A DNA stretch of 64,000 nt from an uncultured Candidatus Saccharibacteria bacterium (lineage in GTDB: Bacteria > Patescibacteriota > Minisyncoccia > Phycocordibacterales > DAORIS01), in NCBI GenBank assembly GCA_964644035.1, contig CAZXUH010000001.1:461720-525719 (forward strand). Direction: 5' to 3'. Every line of letters begins with the position of its first letter. Position 1 is the first letter of the stretch. A program made the position numbers and the translations under genes. Of this stretch, positions 39,605 to 48,790 are shown one piece after another. The notes under the pieces are model-generated. The model searched no databases and was not told the origin of the DNA. It worked only from the letters and a program-made list of their open reading frames with translations.

Positions 39605-40168
39605 TTAGCTTGCAGGATTTATTTGGCGCTTTGTCATGAGCGTTTGTATGAAAAATGACGATCTGTTGGTTGTCTTGGTCTGAGCATAGCCCTTGAGTCG
39701 TAGGAATACCTTGTCTTGAAATTCTCGAGGAGAGCCTGTGTCGACACTCAGTACAAACGCTGCATCCTCTATCTTCACTTCATCGGCTGTAAAAGGTTTA
39801 TAAATACCAGCAGCGAGCGTACTTCCCTTTTCCAAACGTCCTGTATGCGCCGATCCATCGGTTTCCATAAATCTATAAATATACTGCTCACCATCGGCGC
39901 CAATATCAGGGGTAAATTGTATAGCTAAACAATCATCATCAGTGCCATCGACACAAGAGAAATCAGTACCAACTCGTATCTCTCTGGCCATGGACTCAAG
40001 TGCAGTGTTGAGGTTGGTCATGACAGAGTTCAATGACTGAGACTTTTGATTGGCATCAATCACTGCCAAGATTGCGGCCGTGCCGGAGATAACGACAACT
40101 GCAAAAAGGGCCACGGAAACAAGAATCTCTATGAGGCTGAAACCGCTGTTTGATGAATTGTGTTTCAT
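39605..40168 (-). CDS. Type IV minor pilin / pseudopilin
   Basis: SGFSLIEILVSVALFAVV is a prepilin motif. Start taken at MKHNSS. Confidence 0.75.
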   Translation of the reverse strand: MKHNSSNSGFSLIEILVSVALFAVVVISGTAAILAVIDANQKSQSLNSVMTNLNTALESMAREIRVGTDFSCVDGTDDDCLAIQFTPDIGADGEQYIYRFMETDGSAHTGRLEKGSTLAAGIYKPFTADEVKIEDAAFVLSVDTGSPREFQDKVFLRLKGYAQTKTTNRSSFFIQTLMTKRQINPAS

Positions 40169-40189
40169 GCTATATGTATTTTCACACAC

Positions 40190-40831
40190 TTAGTTGCAAG
40201 TATCCACCACTTCGATCTGACCTGAGCTCAAAATATTGACCTGTTTTGTCTTAGCGGTCTGTGAAAGCAAACAGATAGTTGCTTGGTTGAAATGCGTGCC
40301 ATTGGCAATAATAATCGCATCTGGATTTGGCCGCATAAAGGTCACGCTCATAGCTGTAATAGAAGGAGATGTATCGTCAGAACACTCTATATCGGCAACA
40401 CCTGAGTCTGGTATGACGCAGAAATTTTGTATCGTATTGCCCGCGGGGAAACTAAAGGTGCGCATAATCGTATCGGATGAATCGTAGCCTTCTATACCTC
40501 CTGCCCCACCAACAATATTGTTGGTATCAGCGAAGAAACTGTAGCGAGCATTGTTTGAAGCAGATAGATAGATTCCATAAGGATTATTGAAAGAACCAAG
40601 ACCATCCACATCCTTGCTACCAAGACCATATGTCTGAGCTTCGCGTATTGAGAGAGCAACGTCGTCGGCCAAACCGGAGAGAATAATATTGTTTCCAAAC
40701 TTTCTTTGATTGGCGACGAGTACTGTCGTCAAAATAGAAAAGATAGCCATGACGATAAGGAGTTCGAGCAAGCTAAATCCAAAAGAGCTTTTTTTAAATA
40801 ACTTTAAAATATGTTTTGAAATATGTTTCAT
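40190..40831 (-). CDS. Type IV minor pilin / pseudopilin (GspH/FimT-like)
   Basis: FGFSLLELLIVMAIFSIL is a prepilin motif. Confidence 0.75.
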   Translation of the reverse strand: MKHISKHILKLFKKSSFGFSLLELLIVMAIFSILTTVLVANQRKFGNNIILSGLADDVALSIREAQTYGLGSKDVDGLGSFNNPYGIYLSASNNARYSFFADTNNIVGGAGGIEGYDSSDTIMRTFSFPAGNTIQNFCVIPDSGVADIECSDDTSPSITAMSVTFMRPNPDAIIIANGTHFNQATICLLSQTAKTKQVNILSSGQIEVVDTCN

Positions 40832-41595
40832 CGTGTGAAAGAAAATAGCATCAATATGTCTTCAATATGTATATTAGCAAAAAATACGAAGGCTGTACCT
40901 ATCACCAAAAACGGTGCAAACGGTATTTCACTTTTCATGTGCAGATTGCCAAGCCGGAAAACCATGACCAAAATACCAATAAGCGCCCCGATCCAAAATG
41001 CGAGCGTGATAGCTGCATAGCCCATATTCATTCCAAGCATCCAGCCCATGGCCAAGCCAAACTTAGCATCGCCAAATCCCATCCACTTCCCTTTTGAAAT
41101 GAGCCAGATAAACAGAAATGGAAATGCTACTGCCGGTCCAGCGACCAAAAGCGATATGGCTTCGCTTGGTATGCGGACAAAAAGCATATTCACAAACAGA
41201 CTGAGAAATGCAAAAGAAAATACCAAACCATCGGGAATAATTTTGTGCTTGAGATCATATACAAAAATCGCTACCAGCAATGACCATACGATTGCATAGT
41301 ATGGAGTACCGATAGTAAATCCAAAAATCTCATATATTCCGACAAAAAGAGCTCCAGTAGTAAACTCTACCAATGGATATTGCCATGATAATCGGCTATT
41401 GCAGCCCGTACAGCGGCCACCCTGAAAGAAGAAACTAAACAATGGTATAAGTTCGTACCAAGCGAGCGTTTTGCCGCAGGAGAGGCATTTTGAGCGGCCA
41501 GTGATTTTCCAACCTGTGTTGTATCTATAGATAACTACATTGAGAAAGCTGCCTATGCATAGACCGATCAGAAAAATAAAGAGTTCAACGATCAT
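40828..41595 (-). CDS. pilD: Prepilin peptidase (A24 family)
   Basis: N-terminal Cys box (CLSCGK...CTGC), polytopic, catalytic Asp region GFGDAKF. Length 255 aa. Confidence 0.85.
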   Translation of the reverse strand: MIVELFIFLIGLCIGSFLNVVIYRYNTGWKITGRSKCLSCGKTLAWYELIPLFSFFFQGGRCTGCNSRLSWQYPLVEFTTGALFVGIYEIFGFTIGTPYYAIVWSLLVAIFVYDLKHKIIPDGLVFSFAFLSLFVNMLFVRIPSEAISLLVAGPAVAFPFLFIWLISKGKWMGFGDAKFGLAMGWMLGMNMGYAAITLAFWIGALIGILVMVFRLGNLHMKSEIPFAPFLVIGTAFVFFANIHIEDILMLFSFTR

Positions 41596-41652
41596 GATGC
41601 AATAATAGTAGCATATATTTTAGTTGACCTACTGGATACCTCCTCCCCTAGC

Positions 41653-41739
41653 CCCTCCTCTAAAGAGGAGGGGAACACTAAAAGGTCTTGTGCTTCAGAG
41701 TCCTCCCTCCTCATTCTGAGGAGGGATTGAGGGAGGAGG
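41653..41739 (+). repeat. GA/CT-rich palindromic repeat element, copy 1
   Basis: 22-bp perfect palindrome CCCCTCCTCTAAAGAGGAGGGG plus a 65-nt tail containing a second inverted repeat CCTCCCTCCTCA...TGAGGAGGGATTGAGGGAGGAGG. Ends 4 nt before the pilin stop. Confidence 0.7.
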
Positions 41740-41743
41740 CATA

Positions 41744-42163
41744 TCACCTACTCACCTTAAAATTGTTTGCCGGAGTGCCGCTATTGCAACTATCTGATGT
41801 CGCTACGGAAGTACTATTTGCATTTTCAAGCGTCGTACCAAGACAATACGAAAGTCTGAGACCACTAGCATTGGTTGTCGGATTGTAGCTATATGCATCC
41901 CCTTGTGGTCCAACAGGCAATGTCGGCACAAAACCTTCTGTCACAAGCTGCATAAGATTAGCTGGATACTGCTTACTTTCACTGTCTGAGTTCTGAAACG
42001 ACGCTTCAAGTGCTATTTGAACCTGCTTAATATCATTGAGTCTTCTTGCATCACGTGCTCTCTGTCGAGCTTCATTGCCCCGAAACATTACTACACCAGA
42101 AAGAACACCGATAATAGCTACTGCAATAAGCAATTCAATAAGAGTAAATCCTTTTTTATTCAT
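41744..42163 (-). CDS. pilA: Type IV pilin (PilA-like)
   Basis: MNKKGFTLIELLIAVAIIGVLSGV is the canonical type IVa prepilin leader. Start moved to 42163 (GAAGGT SD). Confidence 0.85.
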   Translation of the reverse strand: MNKKGFTLIELLIAVAIIGVLSGVVMFRGNEARQRARDARRLNDIKQVQIALEASFQNSDSESKQYPANLMQLVTEGFVPTLPVGPQGDAYSYNPTTNASGLRLSYCLGTTLENANSTSVATSDSCNSGTPANNFKVSR

Positions 42164-42184
42164 ACATATATTGTACCTTCTACC

Positions 42185-42218
42185 TAGACAAAACAAAACA
42201 CCGCTTTTGGCGGTGTTT
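42185..42218 (-). terminator. Rho-independent terminator between the two pilin genes
   Basis: AACACCGC-loop-GCGGTGTT hairpin followed by TTTTGTTTTG on the minus strand. Confidence 0.55.
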
Positions 42219-42253
42219 TTATCTGCAATGAGTAGAGAAAATAGAAAAGCTCT

Positions 42254-42676
42254 CTAGCTACAAGATACTGCGGTACCTGAAGGATTAGCCGTTGTGGCAA
42301 CTGCATTACCCTTTGAGTCAACACACCAATATGATGCAGTATTACTCTTCAACTGGGCTGATAGTACCCAAGCACCAGCAACATCTTTACATACAGTCGC
42401 ACCTGATCCAGCCAACCTTGAGCCTGTGGCCATCTGGTCAATACCACCACCAGTTGAACTGTTATAACAAACGCCTAAGTAACTCTGGCTATTTGAATCA
42501 TAGTAGAGTTCAGCCTGTGCACGTGCATTGTTAACGTTAGACTTAATGGCTGCATCAGAACCCTTTGCGCGAGCAGAGTTGAGTGATGCAAGCACAACCG
42601 CTGATAGGATACCGATGATAGCGATGACCACCAAGAGTTCAATCAGGGTGAAACCTTTTCTAAAAGAAGTTTTCAT
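42254..42676 (-). CDS. pilA: Type IV pilin (PilA-like), second copy
   Basis: MKTSFRKGFTLIELLVVIAIIGILSAV. C-terminal Cys pair for the D-region disulfide. Confidence 0.85.
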   Translation of the reverse strand: MKTSFRKGFTLIELLVVIAIIGILSAVVLASLNSARAKGSDAAIKSNVNNARAQAELYYDSNSQSYLGVCYNSSTGGGIDQMATGSRLAGSGATVCKDVAGAWVLSAQLKSNTASYWCVDSKGNAVATTANPSGTAVSCS

Positions 42677-42832
42677 TTATAAATATATTATCTTATAACT
42701 ATTAAACATCGCGTCCCTACGTTTGGCCATTATCAGCGGCTAAATAAAGGCACGACTGCTTACACGTAATTATATACCGCCTATTGAAGGCGTAAATGGG
42801 TCGTGTGGATAACCAATCACCTTCTCCCCTTT

Positions 42833-42854
42833 CCCCTCCTCTAAAGAGGAGGGG
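42833..42854 (+). repeat. Palindromic repeat, copy 2 (palindrome only)
   Basis: Exact CCCCTCCTCTAAAGAGGAGGGG followed by AAC, as in copy 1. Confidence 0.7.
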
Positions 42855-42918
42855 AACTTTATGTTTTATTGAGGTTATTTTTAGTACTTCTGCATACAAC
42901 GAGAGTCATACTCCTTAC

Positions 42919-43341
42919 ATGAAGAAAATAATAAACAAAAATGAGCTGCTTTTACGCAGACGAGACCTAAGAAAATCAATGACTCACCAAGAGATACTTC
43001 TATGGGAGCATTTTAGACGCAAGCAAATGGGCTATCGCATCCATCGACAATACAGTATCGGATCATTTGTTGTGGATTTTTATTGCCCAAAAGCAAAGCT
43101 TATTATAGAAATCGATGGGTATCACCATAATAAACCAGAAGAAATAGAATACGATACTTTTCGAACAAAATTCTTTGAAGAACTTGGCCTCAATGTAATA
43201 CGTTTTACTAATCAACAAATTAATACCAATCTTGTAAAAGTTCTTACAGCGATTAAAGCTAAACTCCTCTCCTCCAAAGAGGAGAGAGCTTCTACACCTC
43301 CTCCCTCAATCCCTCCTCATCTTGAGGAGGGAGGACTCTGA
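42919..43341 (+). CDS. DUF559 endonuclease-domain protein (Vsr/restriction-endonuclease-like fold)
   Basis: SMTHQEILLWEHFRRKQMGYRIHRQYSIGSFVVDFYCPKAKLIIEIDGYHH...RTKFFEELGLNVIRFTNQQI matches the DUF559 consensus. The 3' end reads into repeat copy 3. Confidence 0.7.
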   Translation: MKKIINKNELLLRRRDLRKSMTHQEILLWEHFRRKQMGYRIHRQYSIGSFVVDFYCPKAKLIIEIDGYHHNKPEEIEYDTFRTKFFEELGLNVIRFTNQQINTNLVKVLTAIKAKLLSSKEERASTPPPSIPPHLEEGGL

Positions 43342-43383
43342 AGTACAGGACCTTTAGTGTTCCCCTCCTCTATAGAGGAGGGG
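43265..43383 (-). repeat. Palindromic repeat, copy 3 (inverted relative to copy 1) plus a degenerate extra palindrome
   Basis: Reverse-complement of 43297..43383 aligns almost base-for-base with copy 1. The palindrome variant is CCCCTCCTCTATAGAGGAGGGG. An extra CTCTCCTCCAAAGAGGAGAG sits at 43265-43289. Confidence 0.65.
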
Positions 43384-43421
43384 TCAGGGGAGGAGGTGTA
43401 AAAAGGAGGTGGCCAGGGTGG

Positions 43422-44630
43422 TTAAAACGCCGACGCAATATTGTAAATAGGCACCAAAACTGCCGCAAGGAGAATACCAACCCCGACACCCAAAAGCACA
43501 ATCATCACTGGTTCGATAAGACTGACCAGTGTATCTACAGCATTGAGCACTTCGCGCTGATAAAAGGTCGACATAGTCTTGAGAATCTTACCAAGCTCAC
43601 CAGTTTCTTCACCGACTTTGACCATTTGAATGAATATGCCTGGGAATTGTGGATATCTTGAGAATACGTCGGAAACCGATGCTCCAGCTTTGACTGCTTC
43701 GATACTATCGAGCAAGATTTTCTGATAGGTATAACTCTCAACAACTGTCGAAGTGATTTCGAGTGTGCGAAGCATTGGTATACCAGCCACGATCATCGTG
43801 TTCATGTTGTCGGCAATACGAGAAAGGAAAAGTTTTCTGTACAAATCACCGATAAAAGGTATTTTGAGTTTCATTTCATCGAACCATGCCTTGCCGGAAT
43901 CGCTTTTTATATATCGGAAGAAAAGAAAACCACAGATCACTAATGCGCCGAGCAAGAAGAATCCATAATTGACCAAAAATGCACTGGCCCCAAGGATAAT
44001 CTTGGTATAAATCGGTATTTCCTGACCAGAATCGGTCAAAATCGTGGCGATCTTAGGAATGACCATCGTGAACATCAGGATCATGACAGTAATGAACGTC
44101 GCGACGATAAATGCCGGATAAATAAAGGCATTGCGAGCCTTCGACGTCACTTCAAATGATCGGTCGAGATAGTCAGCAAGATAGACAAAGGTCTCATTGA
44201 GCTTACCTGATTCTTCACCAGCTCTCACCATGTTTACATAGAAAAGAGAAAATGTTTTTGGATGTTTACCCAAAGCTGCAGAGATAGAACTTCCACCCTG
44301 CAAGTCATCGGCTACGACCGTCAAAATAGTACGTAGTTGTGGCTGTTCTGTCTCAGCAGCCAAAAGTCTGAACACTCGAAGCGCTGAAACTTGCGATTCG
44401 AAAAGGATCGATATCTGACGAGAAAGAATAACGACATCTTTATTGCTAACACGAGAAAAGAAATTGAGATTTCTCTTAAGAATCGAGCCTTCTTCTTGGA
44501 GTGGCTTGATCGAGGTAAGTATCAATCCCCTTCTTTGAAGAGAATTGATGGCAATATCCATCGTGATCGCATCGATCGATCCTTCTTTTGATGTGCCGTC
44601 TGATTCGAGTGTCTTGTATCTAAAAATCAT
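43422..44630 (-). CDS. pilC: Type IV pilus platform protein PilC (GspF family)
   Basis: 402 aa. Two GspF repeats, three TM segments, typical PilC organisation. Confidence 0.85.
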   Translation of the reverse strand: MIFRYKTLESDGTSKEGSIDAITMDIAINSLQRRGLILTSIKPLQEEGSILKRNLNFFSRVSNKDVVILSRQISILFESQVSALRVFRLLAAETEQPQLRTILTVVADDLQGGSSISAALGKHPKTFSLFYVNMVRAGEESGKLNETFVYLADYLDRSFEVTSKARNAFIYPAFIVATFITVMILMFTMVIPKIATILTDSGQEIPIYTKIILGASAFLVNYGFFLLGALVICGFLFFRYIKSDSGKAWFDEMKLKIPFIGDLYRKLFLSRIADNMNTMIVAGIPMLRTLEITSTVVESYTYQKILLDSIEAVKAGASVSDVFSRYPQFPGIFIQMVKVGEETGELGKILKTMSTFYQREVLNAVDTLVSLIEPVMIVLLGVGVGILLAAVLVPIYNIASAF

Positions 44631-44638
44631 GATTTATT

Positions 44639-45703
44639 TTATGAAAGCATGCGCTCGAGAAGCTTAGGATTGACTGAACGATTGTATGCATTCTCGATAG
44701 AAATTTGTCCCTGACGTACAAGCTCGACCAAAGACCGGTTAAGATCGATCATTCCCTGCTGAGAACTTGTTTCGATCACGGTATTGATTTCATGCGTGCG
44801 CTTTTCGCGGATAAGATTGGCGACGGCACCGTTGTTGATAAGCAATTCATAGGCTGGCACAAGACCTCCTGATATACGAGGGATGAGACGCTGAGAAAAG
44901 ATACCAGTAAGGCTGGCTGCAAGCTGCACGCGGATCTGAGCCTGCTGCTCTGCAGGGAAAATGTCGATAATACGTTCGATAGTCTGAGCAGCATTGTTGG
45001 TATGAAGTGTAGAAAATACCAAATGTCCTGTTTCAGCAGCAGTAACAGCTGTTGCGATAGTTTCGAGACCGCGCATTTCACCGATAAGAATCACGTTGAC
45101 GTCTTGTCGGACAGCGTGGACAAGAGCAGTGTTGAAATCTTTTGTATCTATATTGACTTCACGTTGGTTGATAATAGATTTTTTAGGAGTGTAGACATAT
45201 TCCACTGGATCTTCAATGGTAATGATGTGTTCCATTCGATCTTGGTTGATAAGTTCGATAAGTGCAGCAAGTGTCGTCGACTTTCCCTGTCCGACTGGTC
45301 CTACCACAAGAAAGAAACCTTGTTTCTTGCGAGTAAAGATTTCGAGTGAAGGCGGAAGTCCGAGTTCTTCGAGTGTTCTGACATGATTTGGAATCGTTCT
45401 GAGTGCAAGACCAATCCTTCCCTGCGCTACATAGCCATTGCCGCGGAAACGTCCTGTGTCGCCATGAGAATATGCAAAATCTATTTCTTTATTGGCAATA
45501 AACTGCTGCTTGTACTCTGGCGACATGAGAGCATCGACAATACCAAGCATTTGATCTCTAGTGAGTGGTTGAAAATTGAGAAGTGGTACGAGATATCCCG
45601 ATACGCGAATAGAAGGCTGACGATGTTCTGCAAGATGCAGGTCAGAACCACCTTCCTTTATGACAATTTGAATGAGCGAATCGAGAAATTTTTTTGTATC
45701 CAT
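44639..45703 (-). CDS. pilT: Twitching-motility (retraction) ATPase PilT
   Basis: Walker A GPVGQGKST, Asp box, His box. Length 354 aa. AIRNLIRE-type motif near the C-terminus. Confidence 0.85.
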   Translation of the reverse strand: MDTKKFLDSLIQIVIKEGGSDLHLAEHRQPSIRVSGYLVPLLNFQPLTRDQMLGIVDALMSPEYKQQFIANKEIDFAYSHGDTGRFRGNGYVAQGRIGLALRTIPNHVRTLEELGLPPSLEIFTRKKQGFFLVVGPVGQGKSTTLAALIELINQDRMEHIITIEDPVEYVYTPKKSIINQREVNIDTKDFNTALVHAVRQDVNVILIGEMRGLETIATAVTAAETGHLVFSTLHTNNAAQTIERIIDIFPAEQQAQIRVQLAASLTGIFSQRLIPRISGGLVPAYELLINNGAVANLIREKRTHEINTVIETSSQQGMIDLNRSLVELVRQGQISIENAYNRSVNPKLLERMLS

Positions 45704-45733
45704 GCCAAATCTATTTAATGAACGTATTATATC

Positions 45734-46141
45734 CTACAAAGCCTCCGCAATATAGCGCTTGCCTGCCATTATTTCTCTCACTCTGGTTACTACTTCTGAA
45801 GGAATCGTCGTGGCCTTGATAATATAACCATCGACACCGATATCTTTTGCGATTTTTATATCTGGAGATTCAGATTGATTGGTAAGCATGACAATTTTTA
45901 CCTTTGGAAGAAGATTTTCAGTCTTGAGTTTCCTTACAAGTTCGATACCGTCCATGCCTGGCATAACAATATCAACAAGAAGTACATCTGGAGCGTAGCC
46001 GGCTTTTATTTTGTCATAGGCAAGCATTGCATTGTCCGCAGTCTCAATAGCAAATCCACTGTGGTCGAGCTTACGCGCATACATATTAAGTAGGAATTTA
46101 TCATCATCGACGAGCAGTACTTTTTTCTTATCTGCGTCCAT
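45734..46141 (-). CDS. Stand-alone CheY-like response-regulator receiver (PilH/PilG-like)
   Basis: KKVLLVDDDKFLLN...DVLLVDIVMPGMDGIEL...KIVMLT carries the phospho-acceptor Asp and a conserved Lys. Confidence 0.8.
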   Translation of the reverse strand: MDADKKKVLLVDDDKFLLNMYARKLDHSGFAIETADNAMLAYDKIKAGYAPDVLLVDIVMPGMDGIELVRKLKTENLLPKVKIVMLTNQSESPDIKIAKDIGVDGYIIKATTIPSEVVTRVREIMAGKRYIAEAL

Positions 46142-46209
46142 ATGGTTGTAGGTAGTTATAGTATATACCCCAGCTCATACTCATACAACACCGTCAAGAG
46201 GAGAACTGT

Positions 46210-47904
46210 TTATATCTTATCGATTTCTGAAAGGGCAAATTTACCTTCCAAGACCTTGAGCATGGCATCTTCTTGCATCGTGAGCATTCCCTGTTTTCTT
46301 GCGACCCTGACAATCTCATCTTCGGTCGGATTCTTGAGAATTGCATTCTCTAGTTCCCTATCTCGCTCAATAACCTCAAAAACTGCCATACGTCCCCGCG
46401 TACCTGTCGGACAATCAGACGAACTTCCAAGCTCATAGACGCTTGCCGGTATCTTAATATCTTTCCTGACTTCTTCGGCTACACCTTCGAAACGCTTTTC
46501 AATGCGCATTTTGACTGCACCTTCAACTTCTATCTTTGTACCTGCATTTGGACAAAGCACATTGCCAAGTCGCTGGGCAATAGCGAGCTGAAGGGTTGGA
46601 GCAATAAGAAATGGATCGACTCCCATATCGATAAGTCGGGGTATGACGCCCGCAGCATTGTTGGTGTGAATGGTCGAAAGCACAAGGTGGCCAGTAAGCG
46701 CCGCTTGAATAGCAAGCTGAGCAGTTTCTTTGTCTCGAATTTCACCCACCAAGATAACATCTGGGTCCTGACGAAGTGTCGTACGTAGACCTGTAGCAAA
46801 TGTATACCCAATTTCCGGCCAGACCTGAGACTGGCTGACGCCTTCAATATTGTATTCGATCGGATCTTCAAGAGAGAGCACATTCTTCTCTTCCCTATTG
46901 ATCTCATTGAGCATAGAGTACAGTGTTGTCGTCTTACCGGATCCAGTAGGACCTGAAATAAGCACCAAACCGTAGGGCTTATTGATACCTTCCCGAATAA
47001 TCTTGAGATTTTTCTCTGTCATACCTAGAGCCTCGAGAGGCTTAACGCCGCGTTCATGGTCAAGAATTCTCATCACCACCTTTTCACCAAAATATGTTGG
47101 GAAGGTAGAGACACGAAAGTCGATTTTCCTGCCCTCAATACGAGCCGAAAAGCGGCCGTCTTGTGGTTTGCGCTTTTCGTCGAGCTTCATATTGGAAAGA
47201 ATCTTAATACGAGCAACCACCGCCTGATGAACGTTGATCGGAAGCTGCAAACTTGTATTGAGTACACCATCCACTCGGAAACGCACGCGAATATGATCGC
47301 GAAGTGGCTCGACATGCACGTCGGATGCCAAACCTTCTGTCGCATAGCGCAAAATGGTAGCTACGATTTTGGTAATCGGTGCATCTTCTTTGATATCATC
47401 CTCGCTTTTTGCCTGCTCTTCATCGTGTTCCTGACTGACCACTATCCCCGCCTGCTGACGCAGTTCGCTATCAAGATCGGTAAGGGCTTTTGTTACTTCA
47501 CCTGAGAGACCTTTGTAGAGAGCGAGTACTTTGTGAAAATCTTCACGCGTAATAAGAAAAAGTTTGTATGGCAGATTGACCCTCGATGTAATGAAGTTGA
47601 GCGCATTGCGAGCTTCTATATTGTCGGGATCGACAATACCTACTTCAAGCGCACCTTCTTTGACCGAAATCGGTACAAATTCATAATGAAGAGCTGAGTC
47701 TTCGGGAATATAATCGAGCACGTCATACGCAATATCGTCGACATTGACGTTGCGCAGCGGCATATTGAGACGCTCGGCTTTTTGAGCAAGAGATTCTTTT
47801 TCTACTTGAGCCTGAATAGAAAGACCTCCTTCATCTTGGCCAGAAGCCCGCTTAACTTGAAGCGGTCGAGCGCCCTTCTTGTCTTGTGAATTGCTTGTAG
47901 GCAT
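46210..47904 (-). CDS. pilB: Type IV pilus assembly ATPase PilB (GspE family)
   Basis: Walker A GPTGSGKTT, tetracysteine motif CPNAG...C...C. Length 564 aa. Confidence 0.9.
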   Translation of the reverse strand: MPTSNSQDKKGARPLQVKRASGQDEGGLSIQAQVEKESLAQKAERLNMPLRNVNVDDIAYDVLDYIPEDSALHYEFVPISVKEGALEVGIVDPDNIEARNALNFITSRVNLPYKLFLITREDFHKVLALYKGLSGEVTKALTDLDSELRQQAGIVVSQEHDEEQAKSEDDIKEDAPITKIVATILRYATEGLASDVHVEPLRDHIRVRFRVDGVLNTSLQLPINVHQAVVARIKILSNMKLDEKRKPQDGRFSARIEGRKIDFRVSTFPTYFGEKVVMRILDHERGVKPLEALGMTEKNLKIIREGINKPYGLVLISGPTGSGKTTTLYSMLNEINREEKNVLSLEDPIEYNIEGVSQSQVWPEIGYTFATGLRTTLRQDPDVILVGEIRDKETAQLAIQAALTGHLVLSTIHTNNAAGVIPRLIDMGVDPFLIAPTLQLAIAQRLGNVLCPNAGTKIEVEGAVKMRIEKRFEGVAEEVRKDIKIPASVYELGSSSDCPTGTRGRMAVFEVIERDRELENAILKNPTEDEIVRVARKQGMLTMQEDAMLKVLEGKFALSEIDKI

Positions 47905-47909
47905 TTATA

Positions 47910-48245
47910 TTATCTCGCTTTTATAACTGGAGTTGATGGCGCTTTGCCAACAGGAGCAAATGGATTGGATCGGCCTGTCGGTCCTTCAACAAGAGTAATC
48001 GTCGAATCCTGCAGAGTGTTGTAGGCAGCATCGGCAAAAAGGACTGTACCAGCGTCGAGATTGAGTCCTTTGACGCGTTCAAGCTGAGCTTTGATCTCTA
48101 CCCCAGGGAAATTTACATTAAGATCTTCTTCAGTAAGACCAAGTTGATCATTGGTTACAAAATATTTTGTATATACAAAGATGGCACCTACAAGGAGAAC
48201 AATGATACCGACGACGATTGCGAGATTTTTAATAGTACTGTTCAT
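47910..48245 (-). CDS. Small single-TM protein in pilus operon (possible PilP-like component)
   Basis: 111 aa with an N-terminal TM. Located between pilO and pilB. Confidence 0.3.
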   Translation of the reverse strand: MNSTIKNLAIVVGIIVLLVGAIFVYTKYFVTNDQLGLTEEDLNVNFPGVEIKAQLERVKGLNLDAGTVLFADAAYNTLQDSTITLVEGPTGRSNPFAPVGKAPSTPVIKAR

Positions 48246-48246
48246 A

Positions 48247-48786
48247 TTATTTTGCCCAGTAGGTCTTAATAGTAAGGTTAAATGTATACAGCGAATCAGT
48301 ATCGTTTGGACTAAAGGTCAAACCAGTAACATCAGCGAGGCGAAGGTTTGATTCTAAATCCTTGAGGAAATCGGTAAATCTGTCATACGACGTTGCAATA
48401 CTGAAGCTAAGCGCAAAAGCATTGTCATTTTGCTTCTGAGGAGTCTTGGTTGTCGACTGCAAATCAGCAGTGTTGGTAATACGAATGCTTTTAACACCAG
48501 TCGAATACTTCTTGGCGATTTCATTGATCTCGATAACCAAACGTATCGTGTCGATATTCTGAGGGATCATGACATGAAGGCGATCAAGATCCTCTCCAGA
48601 GAAACTGTTTTTTATATTATTGAGCTTGGTGATCTCAACATCGAGTTCCCTCGCCTTTTCGAGAGCATCCTCATACTGAGCTTTGTCAGCCAAGAGTCTC
48701 TGTATGTTTGCATAGAGAGGTTTTGTATAAAAGAAACTACCGGCGATGGCGAGAACGATAAGTATGAGTGGTGCAAGTTGGCGCAT
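48247..48786 (-). CDS. pilO: Pilus assembly protein PilO
   Basis: N-terminal TM plus coiled-coil, 179 aa. Sits in pilM-N-O order. Confidence 0.6.
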   Translation of the reverse strand: MRQLAPLILIVLAIAGSFFYTKPLYANIQRLLADKAQYEDALEKARELDVEITKLNNIKNSFSGEDLDRLHVMIPQNIDTIRLVIEINEIAKKYSTGVKSIRITNTADLQSTTKTPQKQNDNAFALSFSIATSYDRFTDFLKDLESNLRLADVTGLTFSPNDTDSLYTFNLTIKTYWAK

Positions 48787-48790
48787 AAAA

